A stretch of DNA of 20,498 nt from the NCBI GenBank assembly GCA_044222065.1, contig JBGAOA010000072.1, forward strand, positions 1 to 20,498. The letters are read 5' to 3'. This DNA is from Candidatus Eiseniibacteriota bacterium (GTDB lineage: Bacteria > Eisenbacteria > RBG-16-71-46). Made by a program: the position numbers and the translations under genes. Under the pieces are notes generated by a model. That model did no database searches, was not told the DNA's origin, and saw only the letters and a program-made list of their open reading frames with translations. Below, one piece after another: positions 10,133-19,032 of this stretch. Positions within the stretch are counted from its first letter, which is position 1. Each line of letters begins with the position of its first letter.

Positions 10133-11841
10133 GCCGGCCGCACCCCCTTGAGCTTCAGCTGCACGCGGGTCTCGCCCATCCACTCGTTGCGCGTCGGCGC
10201 GAACGCGACGGTCACGCGCCCGGCGCGGGCGATCTCCGACGCTCGCGCGCCCATGCCGAAGCCGATCGCCTCGGCGGCGCCGGTGCGGTCGCGCAGCTTG
10301 AGGCGAAGGTGCTTGCCGCCGCCGACGGCCACGGCGCTCTCGACGCCCACGTCGCTCGCGCGGAACACCGGCTCCTCGTTGTCGAGGCCGTGCGGCGACA
10401 GCCGCTCGAGCCACTCGACGAGATCGAGATCGCAGGCCTGCAGCGTGACGTCGCCGTCCACCGTGAGCCGCGCGACGAAGTCGCCCGGACGGACGCGCTC
10501 GCGCACGAGCCGCTCGATGCGCTCGCGCAGCGGCTGCAGCCGGTCGCGGCGCACCGTGAGTCCGGCGGCGAACGCGTGGCCGCCGTGCGCTTCGAGCAGG
10601 TCGTCGCAGTCGGCGAGCAGCGAATTGAGGTCGAGGCCCGGGAGGCTGCGGCCCGAGCCGCGCCCGCGCTCGCCGTCGAGCGCGACGAGCACCGTCGGGC
10701 GCTGGAACCGCTCGACGAGGCGCGACGCGACGATGCCGATCACGCCCGGGTGCCAGTGTTCCGACCACAGCACGATCGAGGAGCAGTCCGGATAGCGGAG
10801 TTCCGTCTCGACCCGCTGCGACGCCTCCGTGAGCACGTTCTCGTCGAAGCGCCGCCGGCGTTCGTTGTCCTCGTCGAGGCTCTCGGCGCACGCGCGCCCC
10901 GCCGCCGCGTCGCGCGCGAGTAGCAGCGTGATGCCCTGCTCCGCGTTGCCCATGCGTCCGGCGGCGTTGATGCGCGGCGCGAGCACGAACGCCACCTGCC
11001 CGCTGCTGATGCGCTTGCCCGCGAGCCCCGACACCTCGATCAGCGCCTGCAGACCGAGGCGGGGCTGCGCGTTGATGCGGTCGAGTCCGAGCCGCGCGAG
11101 CACGCGATTCTCGCCGACGAGCGGCACGACGTCCGCGATCGTGCCGAGCGCGACGACGTCGAGGAACTCGCGCGCGCGCTCGATGCCGCCGCGCCCGCGC
11201 AGCAGCGCCTCCGCGAGCTTGAACGTCACGCCGACGCCGGCGAGCGCCTTGAACGGGTACGGGCAGCCGGGCTGGAGCGGGTTCACGACCGCGACCGCGT
11301 CGGGCAGGACCGCGGGCGGCTCGTGGTGGTCGGTCACGATCGTGTCGATGCCGATCGAGCGCGCGCGCTCGATCGCCTCGATCGCCGTGATGCCGCAGTC
11401 CACGGTGACGATCAAGGAGCAGCCACGGCGCGCGGCTTCGTCCACGGCGCCGGTCGAGAGGCCGTAGCCGTCGCGGGTGCGGTGCGGAATCCGGTACTCG
11501 GCCTGCGCGCCGAGGTCGCGGAGCACGGAATAGAGCAGGAACGTGGACGTGATGCCGTCGACGTCGTAGTCGCCGTGCACGAGGACGCGCTCGCCGGCCT
11601 CGAGCGCGCGGCGCAGCCGGGTGACGGCCGCCTCGAGGCCCTTCAGCTCGAACGGATCGTGCAGGTCCTCGAGCGCCGGATCGAGGAAGCGCTGAACGCG
11701 CGCGGGAGAGTCCACGCCGCGATTGACGAGCACGAGCGCGGCCGGGATCGGCGCGCCGACCTCGCGCGCGAGCGCGTGGGCGCGTTCGGGATCGTGCCTC
11801 GGATGCAGCACCCACTCGGGCGTCACGCTCGGTGCGATCAC
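10129..11841 (-). CDS. recJ: Single-stranded-DNA-specific exonuclease RecJ
   Basis: GDYDVDG, DGYGL, TVDCG, TDHH, GTIADVVPL..ENR, PRINAAGR, GSGRS, GGH..AAG. GTG with GAGGAG SD. Confidence 0.96.
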   Translation of the reverse strand: MIAPSVTPEWVLHPRHDPERAHALAREVGAPIPAALVLVNRGVDSPARVQRFLDPALEDLHDPFELKGLEAAVTRLRRALEAGERVLVHGDYDVDGITSTFLLYSVLRDLGAQAEYRIPHRTRDGYGLSTGAVDEAARRGCSLIVTVDCGITAIEAIERARSIGIDTIVTDHHEPPAVLPDAVAVVNPLQPGCPYPFKALAGVGVTFKLAEALLRGRGGIERAREFLDVVALGTIADVVPLVGENRVLARLGLDRINAQPRLGLQALIEVSGLAGKRISSGQVAFVLAPRINAAGRMGNAEQGITLLLARDAAAGRACAESLDEDNERRRRFDENVLTEASQRVETELRYPDCSSIVLWSEHWHPGVIGIVASRLVERFQRPTVLVALDGERGRGSGRSLPGLDLNSLLADCDDLLEAHGGHAFAAGLTVRRDRLQPLRERIERLVRERVRPGDFVARLTVDGDVTLQACDLDLVEWLERLSPHGLDNEEPVFRASDVGVESAVAVGGGKHLRLKLRDRTGAAEAIGFGMGARASEIARAGRVTVAFAPTRNEWMGETRVQLKLKGVRPA

Positions 11842-11886
11842 GGCTCCTCGGCGGTGGAAGGTCGGGGCGCAGGAAAGGAAGCGGGC

Positions 11887-11915
11887 ACGCTAACAGCGCC
11901 CCACGGTCCCGGCAA
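11887..11915 (-). promoter_or_regulatory. Candidate sigma70 promoter for recJ-rel-dtd-maf
   Basis: TTGCCG (11915-11910), 17-nt spacer, then TAGCGT (11892-11887) with an extended TG. Confidence 0.5.
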
Positions 11916-11955
11916 GAACGCGAACGCCGCGCGGCGCGTCCTGCACCGCGCGGCG
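11914..11955 (-). terminator. Probable intrinsic terminator after rnpB
   Basis: 13-bp stem CGCCGCGCGGUGC/GCGCCGCGCGGCG with an AGGAC loop, followed by UUCGCGUUCUU. Confidence 0.55.
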
Positions 11956-11969
11956 AGCGCGTCGAAGCT

Positions 11970-12359
<390 letters not shown>

Positions 12360-12375
<16 letters not shown>

Positions 12376-12797
12376 GACTTCAACGCGCGATCGAGCGCCT
12401 CGTTCACGAGTTCGTCGGCGCGCTGGTTGTGCTCGCGACGCACGGACGTGAACGTGACCTTGCCGATCCGGGATGCCGCCGCGCGCGCTTCGGCGTGCAG
12501 CGGTTTGAGACCCGCGTTCTTCACGCGGTATTCGCCCGTCATCTGACGCACGACGAGTTCGGAATCCATGCTCACTTCGAGCACGGGCACGGCCGCCTGC
12601 GCGGCCGCCTGAAGGCCGGCGATCAGTCCGCGGTACTCGGCCACGTTGTTCGTCACCGAGCCCAGGAACTCGCCGACCGCCTGCACTTCGGCGCCAGAGG
12701 GATCGCACAGCACGAAGCCGTACGCGCCCGGGCCCGGATTGCCGCGCGAACCGCCGTCGCAGCGCAGGCGCCACACACCGTTCGGGGAAACGCTCAT
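12360..12797 (-). CDS. rnhA: Ribonuclease HI (short archaeal/actinobacterial-like type)
   Basis: CDGGSRGNPG, TNNVAEY.GL..GL, DSELVVRQ..GEY.VK and VRREHNQRAD.L; all four acidic catalytic positions are present. ATG 12797 chosen because the longer ORF overlaps the patatin gene. Confidence 0.9.
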
Positions 12798-12804
12798 GCC
12801 GCGC

Positions 12805-12833
12805 ACCGTACGCGAACGCCGCGGCCCCCTCAA
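12805..12833 (-). promoter_or_regulatory. Candidate promoter giving a leaderless rnhA(-rnpB) transcript
   Basis: TTGAGG (12833-12828), 17-nt spacer, TACGGT (12810-12805), then 7 nt before the ATG at 12797. No SD is present. Confidence 0.5.
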
Positions 12834-14266
12834 GCGTCGCGCGCGCCCGCCTCGACCGCCCAGCCGGCGGCGACGAGCGCCCGCCACGCGTCGGCTTCGC
12901 CGCGCTCGATGAGCGTGGCCGCCGACGCCGGGTCGAACGCGAGCACGTGCGCCGGGAGCGCCGTCTCAGGCTCGACGACGCAGATGCGCGCCGGCCGCCC
13001 CTCGCTCGACCAGCCCTCGGGCAGGTGTTCGAGCTCGGCCTGCAGGTCGCGCCAGTTCGCGAGTTCGAGCAGCCGGCCGCCGAGCTCGAACAGGTTGCGC
13101 GCGTCGGGCGCGGGCGGCGGCGAGCCGCTCGGCGCGAGCACGACGACGAGGATCGCGTCCGCGCCGTCGGCCATCGCGACGTGGATCGGCTGGTTCGAGA
13201 ACCCGCCCGCGTCCACGAAGCTCCGGCCGTCGATCCGCACGGGCTCGAACACGCCCGGGATCGCCGACGAGGCGAGCGTGGCGCGCAGCACGTCCTCGGC
13301 GTCGCGAAGCACGCGCACCTCGCCCGCCTCGCGGGCGAGCCGCTCGCGGAATTCGGGCGACGGGTCGGGCCAGTTCACGAAGTGGCACACGCGCCCGGTG
13401 TCGAGCGCGAGCGCGCTCACGACGAGACGCGACTCGGGAGCGACGAGACGCGCGCGGCCGGATGCGCCGACGAGGCGCTCGATCACGCGCCGCCGCGCGG
13501 TGCTGCCCCAGAGTCCGAGCCCCTTCGTCTCGGGCATGAGCGCGAACAGCACCGCGCGCGCCCAGTTGCCGCCGCGGCCCGGGCGGTTCGCGAGCCACAA
13601 CACCGCGAGCGCGAGCACGACGGTCGCGCTGAAGCGGTGCGGCCACGGCCAGCCGAACACCCACACGAGCGCGTGCAGCAGCGCGGCGCCGAGCGCGACG
13701 CGGCCGAACACGCGGTGGGCGCGTTCGGCGTCGAGCCCCGCGGCGTGCCGCGACAGCAGACCCTCGATCGGCCGCGACAGCGCGATCGCGAGCGCCGCGA
13801 GCACGGCGAGCACGGCCCACGCCGCGGCGTCGAGCACCGTGGAGGTGACGTCGAGGCGCGCGCTCGCGCGGCGCCACAGCCAGTAGGAACCGGACAGCTC
13901 GCGCGACCCCGCGAACGTCACGACCAGTTCGACCAGCGCGACGACGAACAGCGCCGCGCCGAGCCAGCGGAGCGCGAGCGTGATCCAGCGCAGCCCGAGG
14001 TGCGAGCCGCGCAGCCGCCGCCACGCGGCCTCGAGCGTCTCGGAGCGCCGTCCGTGCGCGAGCCACACCGCCGCGTTCACCGCCCCGATCGAGACCCCGG
14101 CGACGAGCGCCGGCGCGAGCTTCAGCGTCTCGAGGACCCGCAGCACACCGACCTCGTAGGCGCCGAGCGCGCCGCCGCCCGACAGCACGAGCGCGATGCG
14201 GCGGAACGGCAGGTCGTCCCTCAGGCGCGCGCGCGGCGCGGACTCGGGACGAGGAGCCTCGGGCAC
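12830..14266 (-). CDS. Patatin-like phospholipase with an internal predicted multi-TM insertion
   Basis: LVLSGGGALGAYEVGVL (oxyanion loop), GVSIG (GxSxG), ASSAIPGVF and VDAGG.SN.P (catalytic Asp, DGG variant). Four hydrophobic stretches at about aa 94-227. The exact start is uncertain. Confidence 0.88.
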   Translation of the reverse strand: MPEAPRPESAPRARLRDDLPFRRIALVLSGGGALGAYEVGVLRVLETLKLAPALVAGVSIGAVNAAVWLAHGRRSETLEAAWRRLRGSHLGLRWITLALRWLGAALFVVALVELVVTFAGSRELSGSYWLWRRASARLDVTSTVLDAAAWAVLAVLAALAIALSRPIEGLLSRHAAGLDAERAHRVFGRVALGAALLHALVWVFGWPWPHRFSATVVLALAVLWLANRPGRGGNWARAVLFALMPETKGLGLWGSTARRRVIERLVGASGRARLVAPESRLVVSALALDTGRVCHFVNWPDPSPEFRERLAREAGEVRVLRDAEDVLRATLASSAIPGVFEPVRIDGRSFVDAGGFSNQPIHVAMADGADAILVVVLAPSGSPPPAPDARNLFELGGRLLELANWRDLQAELEHLPEGWSSEGRPARICVVEPETALPAHVLAFDPASAATLIERGEADAWRALVAAGWAVEAGARDA

Positions 14267-14288
14267 CGCGCCGGCCCCGGATTCCGCG

Positions 14289-15002
14289 CTACGCGCCGTC
14301 GGGCGGGAGGACGAGCATGCGGCCGCAGCCGTCGCACACGAGCACGCGGTCGCGCTTCTTCGCTTCCTGGAGGCCCTGCGGCGAGAGCCCGCGGAAGCAG
14401 CCGCCGCACGCGTTCTTCGTGATCGCGAAGACGGCGCGGCCCTCGCGCGAGCCGTGCACGCGCTCGTAACGCGACCGCGTGGCCGGCGGCAGCGCCGCGA
14501 CCTCGGCGACGCGCTCGGCCTCGAGCGCCTCGAGCGCGGCGCGCTCGGCGACCTCGCCGCGCGCGAGTTCGTCGCGCTTCCCCGCGAGTTCGCCCTCGGC
14601 GGTCTTCAGCGCGGCCTCGATCGCCGGCTTCTTCGCGGCGAGCGCTTCTTCCTCTTCGAACTTTTCGAGCACCTTCGTCTCGAGATCGGAGCGCTTCTGC
14701 TTGCACGTTCCGATCTCGTGCGTGAGCGCCTGGTACTCCTCGTTCGTCTTCACGGACGGCTGGCGGCTCTCGAGCTGCCGCTGCTGCGTGTTGACGGCCT
14801 CGATCTCCTGCTCGATCCGGCGGCGCGCGGCGAGCAGTTCCCCCGCCGCCTTCACGTGCGCTTCGAGCCGGACCTTCTCGGCGACGGCCCGAGTCTCGAG
14901 CGCCCGCTGCTGCTCCGGGAACTTCGCGAGCGCGGACTTCGCGGCCGCGACGCGCTCGTCGAGGCCGCACAACCGCCACAAGTGTTCGAGTTCTTCCGTC
15001 AC
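14289..15002 (-). CDS. Coiled-coil protein with a C-terminal C4 zinc ribbon (DUF164/zf-RING_7, CT398/HP0958-like family)
   Basis: Long heptad-rich helix with KTNEEYQALTHEI, followed by CGGC...VCDGCGRML. GTG with GGAGG SD. Confidence 0.9.
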   Translation of the reverse strand: MTEELEHLWRLCGLDERVAAAKSALAKFPEQQRALETRAVAEKVRLEAHVKAAGELLAARRRIEQEIEAVNTQQRQLESRQPSVKTNEEYQALTHEIGTCKQKRSDLETKVLEKFEEEEALAAKKPAIEAALKTAEGELAGKRDELARGEVAERAALEALEAERVAEVAALPPATRSRYERVHGSREGRAVFAITKNACGGCFRGLSPQGLQEAKKRDRVLVCDGCGRMLVLPPDGA

Positions 15003-15015
15003 CCGCGTCCTCCGG

Positions 15016-15049
15016 AAACGCGACGGGGGCGTCCGTGAGGACGCCCCCG
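15016..15049 (-). terminator. GC-rich hairpin, possible terminator of the tRNA transcript, just upstream of the zinc-ribbon RBS
   Basis: Perfect 11-bp stem CGGGGGCGUCC/GGACGCCCCCG with a UCAC loop, followed by a weak tail UCGCGUUU. Confidence 0.45.
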
Positions 15050-15148
15050 CAGGGACCCGCCGGCGAGTCGCGGCGCGCCGGTGCGGCGCGCGATTCGCGC
15101 GCGCGAGCGGGCGCTCGTTCGACTCGACCGGATCATGATCGGCTCCAG

Positions 15149-15171
15149 GCGGCGGGGGTGGCCCCCGCCGC
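15149..15171 (-). other. Perfect 10-bp hairpin in the tRNA-Val 3' trailer
   Basis: GCGGCGGGGG-CCA-CCCCCGCCGC begins 5 nt after the tRNA CCA. There is no downstream U tract. Confidence 0.5.
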
Positions 15172-15176
15172 GAAAA

Positions 15177-15252
15177 TGGTGGGCGGAACAGGACTCGAAC
15201 CTGTGACCCCCTGGTTGTGATCCAGGTGCTCCACCAGCTGAGCTATCCGCCC
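15177..15252 (-). tRNA. tRNA-Val(CAC)
   Basis: Cloverleaf GGGCGGA-TA-GCTC AGCTGGTG GAGC-A-CCTGG ATCACAA CCAGG-GGGTC-ACAGG TTCGAGT CCTGT-TCCGCCC-A-CCA; 76 nt with encoded CCA. Confidence 0.95.
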
Positions 15253-15292
15253 GACACCGCCATCCGCGTGCGTTCCGCCTGCAGGGGACCAC

Positions 15293-15366
15293 TGGGCCCA
15301 CCTGGATTCGAACCAGGGTCTCGCCGGTTATGAGCCGGCTGCTCTGGACCGCTGAGCTATGGGCCC
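15293..15366 (-). tRNA. tRNA with CAT anticodon, most likely tRNA-Ile2 (lysidine-modified)
   Basis: Cloverleaf GGGCCCA...GCCGG CTCATAA CCGGC...CCTGG TTCGAAT CCAGG TGGGCCC A. It has a paired G1-C72 and lacks the three consecutive G-C anticodon-stem pairs of the initiator. The acceptor stem and the position after rpoD fit Ile2. CCA is not encoded. Confidence 0.9.
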
Positions 15367-15406
15367 AGCGCGAACGCGGGTCACACGGACGCCGAAAAGC
15401 CGGGTG

Positions 15407-15436
15407 TTTGTAGCACCCGCCGTTTCGGCACGTCAA
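15407..15436 (-). promoter_or_regulatory. Sigma70-type promoter for the tRNA pair
   Basis: TTGACG (15436-15431), 18-nt spacer, then TACAAA (15412-15407) with an extended TG, immediately after the rpoD stop. Confidence 0.55.
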
Positions 15437-15447
15437 GAAACGAACGA

Positions 15448-17253
15448 CTACAGCAGCTCCGTGTACGCCTTCAGACGACGCGAGCGCGTCGGGTGACGAA
15501 GCTTTCGGAGCGCCTTCGCCTCGATCTGGCGGATGCGCTCGCGCGTGACGTTGAAGAACGCGCCCACTTCTTCGAGCGTGCGCTGCGCGCCGTCCTCCGT
15601 GAGCCCGAAGCGCAGCCGGATGACCTTCGCCTCGCGCGGCGTGAGCGTCTTCAGCACCTCGTTCACCTCGTCGCGCAGCATCGCGCTCGCCGCCGAGTGC
15701 GCAGGGCTCACGACGCTCGTGTCCTCGATGAAGTCGCCGAGGTTCGAATCGTCGTCCTCGCCGATCGGACGGTCGAGCGAGATCGGCTCCTGCGCCGCCT
15801 TGAGGATGCTCTTCACCTTGTCGACGGGCAGTTCGAGCCGCTCCGCGATCTCTTCCGGCGTGGGCTCGCGGCCCAGTTCCTGGACGAGCCGCCGCGACAC
15901 GCGCACGACGCGGTTGATGTGCTCGATCATGTGCACCGGCACGCGGATCGTGCGCGCCTGATCGGCGATCGCGCGCGTGATCGCCTGCCGGATCCACCAC
16001 GTCGCGTAGGTCGAGAACTTGTAGCCCTTCGTGTAGTCGAACTTGTCGACCGCGCGCATCAGGCCCGAATTGCCCTCCTGGATCAGGTCGAGGAACTCGA
16101 GTCCGCGGTTCGTGTAGCGCTTCGCGATCGAGATCACGAGGCGCACGTTCGCCTCGATCATCTCCTTCTTGGCCTGCCCCGTGGCGCGCTCGCCGTCGCG
16201 GATCTGGCGGTAGAGCTCGAGCAGATGATCCTTCGTCATCTTGCACTCGTCTTCCATCGCCTTGACGTGCTTGCGGATGTTCTTGATCTCGTTCTGGAAC
16301 TCGGCGATCTGCGCCGGCTCGAGCCCCGAGTCGCGCTTCACCGCGCGCAGTTCCTTCGGCCCCTTCTTGAGCCGGCGCGCGAACTCCTGCACGTCGTCCA
16401 CGCTGTGCCCGAAGCGCCGCTCGACCGCCGCGACGACTTCGTCGTACTCGAGCGCGGTCTCGGCCAGATCCTTCACCGGCCGCGCGAGCCCCTCGACCAT
16501 GCGCGGGTTCATCGACAGCTTGTGCAGCTCCTGCGTCAGCTCGGCCTCGAGCTTCGCGAAGTTCGCCTGGGCCGTGGAGCGCTGCTTGTCGGCCATGCGG
16601 ACGTTCATCTTCTCGACCGAGTCGTTGTAGCGCTTCTGCAGCGTGAAGACGCGCTCGAGGATCTTGACCGCGCGCTGGCGCTCCTTCTTGAGCGCCTGCT
16701 CGGTGGCGGCCTCGGCGTCGACCTTGATGAAGTCCTCGATCTTGAGCAGGCCTTCTTTGAGCTTCTTGAGCAGCCCGCGGATCTCGCGCACGGACGGCTC
16801 GGCGCGGAACAGCGCCGAGACGACCTGGCGCTCGCCGGCCTCGATGCGCCTCGCGATCTCGACCTCGCCCTCGCGCGTGAGGAGCGGCACCTTGCCCATC
16901 TCGCGCAGGTACATGCGCACGGGGTCGTCGTAGCGCACCGGCGCCTGCGGCACGGCCTTCGCCGTGAGCGGCGTCTTCTTCTCCTCGAGCTTGCGCAGCT
17001 TCTTCAGGCGCTCCTGAGCCTCTTCCTCGCTCTGGAACACCTCGATGTGCATCTGCGCGAGCATCGTGTGGATCTCTTCCATCACGTCGACCTGCTGCTC
17101 GGGATCCATGTCCTCGTCGAGCATGAACACGATCTGGTCTTCCGTGATGTAGCCCTGGCGGATCGCGAGCGACTTCATCTCGTCGAGACGCTTGCGTCGC
17201 TCGTCCTTCGCCCGTGCCTTCTCTTGCTTGCTCTTCGCGGTCGCCGTCGCCAT
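15448..17253 (-). CDS. rpoD: Primary RNA polymerase sigma factor (sigma70)
   Basis: Region 1.1, [12 protein letters not shown], a long non-conserved region, [44 protein letters not shown] and [16 protein letters not shown]. An alternative GTG start lies at 17262. Confidence 0.97.
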   Translation of the reverse strand: MATATAKSKQEKARAKDERRKRLDEMKSLAIRQGYITEDQIVFMLDEDMDPEQQVDVMEEIHTMLAQMHIEVFQSEEEAQERLKKLRKLEEKKTPLTAKAVPQAPVRYDDPVRMYLREMGKVPLLTREGEVEIARRIEAGERQVVSALFRAEPSVREIRGLLKKLKEGLLKIEDFIKVDAEAATEQALKKERQRAVKILERVFTLQKRYNDSVEKMNVRMADKQRSTAQANFAKLEAELTQELHKLSMNPRMVEGLARPVKDLAETALEYDEVVAAVERRFGHSVDDVQEFARRLKKGPKELRAVKRDSGLEPAQIAEFQNEIKNIRKHVKAMEDECKMTKDHLLELYRQIRDGERATGQAKKEMIEANVRLVISIAKRYTNRGLEFLDLIQEGNSGLMRAVDKFDYTKGYKFSTYATWWIRQAITRAIADQARTIRVPVHMIEHINRVVRVSRRLVQELGREPTPEEIAERLELPVDKVKSILKAAQEPISLDRPIGEDDDSNLGDFIEDTSVVSPAHSAASAMLRDEVNEVLKTLTPREAKVIRLRFGLTEDGAQRTLEEVGAFFNVTRERIRQIEAKALRKLRHPTRSRRLKAYTELL

Positions 17254-17268
17254 GCGGTGCACTTCCCC

Positions 17269-19032
17269 CTAGACGGTGACGCGCAGGTCCTTCAGGGACC
17301 GCGCGAGTTCGTGAATGGACTTCATGAGCCGCTCGACCTCGAGTGGGTCGGTCGCGCGGCGGAGTTCCTGTTCGAGTTCCCGTTGATGGTCGCGCATCCG
17401 CCTCGCCTGCAGGCGGCGGACCGCGCCGTGCGCTTCGGCTTCCCAGTCGAGTTCGGGCGCGGCCTCGGCGCTGAGTTCGCGCGCGAGGGCCGCGGGCCCC
17501 TCTTCGTCGGGCAGGCCGCTCGCGCCCGACCACAGCCACGCCGCGAGACGCGCGCATTCGGCGTCGCGGAAGTCCCCCGGCGCGAGAGTCGCGGCCGCGT
17601 GCTCGAGGCACTGCGGCGCGAGCAGCAGCGCACGGAGCAGTTCGCGCTCCTCGTACGACTCTCGCCCGCGCTCGCGCCGCACCACCGCCGCGACGGGCTG
17701 CTCGGCCGAAAAGCCGCGGCGTTCGAGCCCGATCGCGCGCTTGAGCACGGCGGCGGAGACACCGAGCACGCGCTCGGCGCGTTCGGCGACGAGGTCGAGC
17801 TTCACCGGATCCTGCACCTTCCCGAGCAGCGCGACGATCGCGCGGAGCGCGCGCTCGCGCGGATCGCCGGCGCCACCCGAGCGCAGCACGTGGCGCTGCA
17901 CGAACTCGACCGGGTCCGCCGCGGCGGCGCGCGCCGCGTTCCACGCCGCGAGCCCGCCGGAGCGCACGAGCGTGTCCGGGTCCTCGCCGGCGGGCAGGTC
18001 CACGACCGCGACGTCGAGTCCTTCGGCGAGCAGCACCGAGAGCGAGCGCATCATCGCGTCGCGTCCGGCCGAGTCGCCGTCGTACGTGAGCGCGACCCTC
18101 GGAACGAGCCGCCGCAGCACGCGCGCGTGGTCCGGCGTGAGCGCGGTCCCCGAGGTCGCGACCGTGTTCGCCAGTCCCGCCTGATGAAACGCGATCGCGT
18201 CGAAGTAGCCCTCCACGAGGATCAGCTCGCCGTCCGCCTCGACCGCCTTGCGCGCCTGGTCGAGCGCGAACAGGAACGTGCTCTTGTGATAGACGGCGGT
18301 TTCCGGGGAGTTCAGATACTTCGGCGAATCCTCGGCCGCGAGCGCGCGCGCGCCGAATCCCACGACCGCGCCTCCCGGCGCGACGAGCGGCACCATGAGC
18401 CGGTTGCGGAAGCGGTCGTACTGGCCGCTCTTGCCCTCGCGGGCGACCGCGAGCCCCGCGGCGACGAGCGTCGCCGCGTCCACGCGCGATCCGAGCCGGC
18501 GCTGCAGGTGATCCCAGCCCGCGGGCGCGAAGCCGAGCCGGAAGCGGCGCGACGTCTCGCGTTCGATCCCGCGACGCTCGAGGTACGCGCGCACTTCGGC
18601 GCCGCCGGTCGGGTCCGCGAGCCAGTGCTCGTACGCCTGCGCCGCCGCTTCGAGCGCGTCGTTCAGCTTGAGCTTCGCCTCGCGGCCGGGCCCGGCCTCG
18701 CGGCGTTCCGGAATCGCGATCCCGGCGCGGCGGCTGAGCAGCTCGACGGCCTCGACGAAGCCGAGCCGTTCGGTTTCCTGGACGAACTTGAAGACGTCGC
18801 CTCCCACCTTGCAGCTGAAGCAGTGATAGAACTGGCGGTCGGGATTGACCGAGAACGATGGCGTCTTTTCCTTGTGGAACGGACAGAGGCCGACCCAGTT
18901 CCGCCCGACGCGCTTGAGCGGCACCGTCTGGCCGATGAACTCGACGATGTCGGTGGCCGCGCGCACGCGTTCCACCCACTCGTCCGAGCCGCGCGCCGCC
19001 CGGCTCCCGCGCGACATCGAGGCGCTCGTCAT
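17269..19032 (-). CDS. dnaG: DNA primase
   Basis: CHC2 zinc finger CPFHKEKTPSF...CFSC, DRFRNRLM, KYLNSPET, Toprim EGYFD and YDGDSAG, DPD. ATG 19032 overlaps the mutS2 stop (ATGA). Confidence 0.96.
   Translation of the reverse strand: MTSASMSRGSRAARGSDEWVERVRAATDIVEFIGQTVPLKRVGRNWVGLCPFHKEKTPSFSVNPDRQFYHCFSCKVGGDVFKFVQETERLGFVEAVELLSRRAGIAIPERREAGPGREAKLKLNDALEAAAQAYEHWLADPTGGAEVRAYLERRGIERETSRRFRLGFAPAGWDHLQRRLGSRVDAATLVAAGLAVAREGKSGQYDRFRNRLMVPLVAPGGAVVGFGARALAAEDSPKYLNSPETAVYHKSTFLFALDQARKAVEADGELILVEGYFDAIAFHQAGLANTVATSGTALTPDHARVLRRLVPRVALTYDGDSAGRDAMMRSLSVLLAEGLDVAVVDLPAGEDPDTLVRSGGLAAWNAARAAAADPVEFVQRHVLRSGGAGDPRERALRAIVALLGKVQDPVKLDLVAERAERVLGVSAAVLKRAIGLERRGFSAEQPVAAVVRRERGRESYEERELLRALLLAPQCLEHAAATLAPGDFRDAECARLAAWLWSGASGLPDEEGPAALARELSAEAAPELDWEAEAHGAVRRLQARRMRDHQRELEQELRRATDPLEVERLMKSIHELARSLKDLRVTV

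Noticed and set aside
7787..10795. 1002-aa plus-strand ORF and the other long Arg/Ala/Pro-rich ORFs
   Set aside because: They are antisense or off-frame shadows of well-supported genes, with low-complexity composition.
10133..11815. Apparent 560-aa N-terminal extension of Rel (possible RecJ-Rel fusion or frameshift)
   Set aside because: The extension is an off-frame reading of recJ. Rel homology begins at the GTGA overlap and recJ is complete.
15112..15128. Plus-strand GTTCGACTC resembling a tRNA T-loop (possible tRNA remnant or att site)
   Set aside because: The T-stem has a mismatch, there is no D arm or acceptor stem, it does not duplicate either tRNA 3' end, and no integrase is present.
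14999..18979. 1326-aa minus-strand ORF
   Set aside because: It is an alternative frame running through dnaG, rpoD and two tRNAs, a GC artefact.
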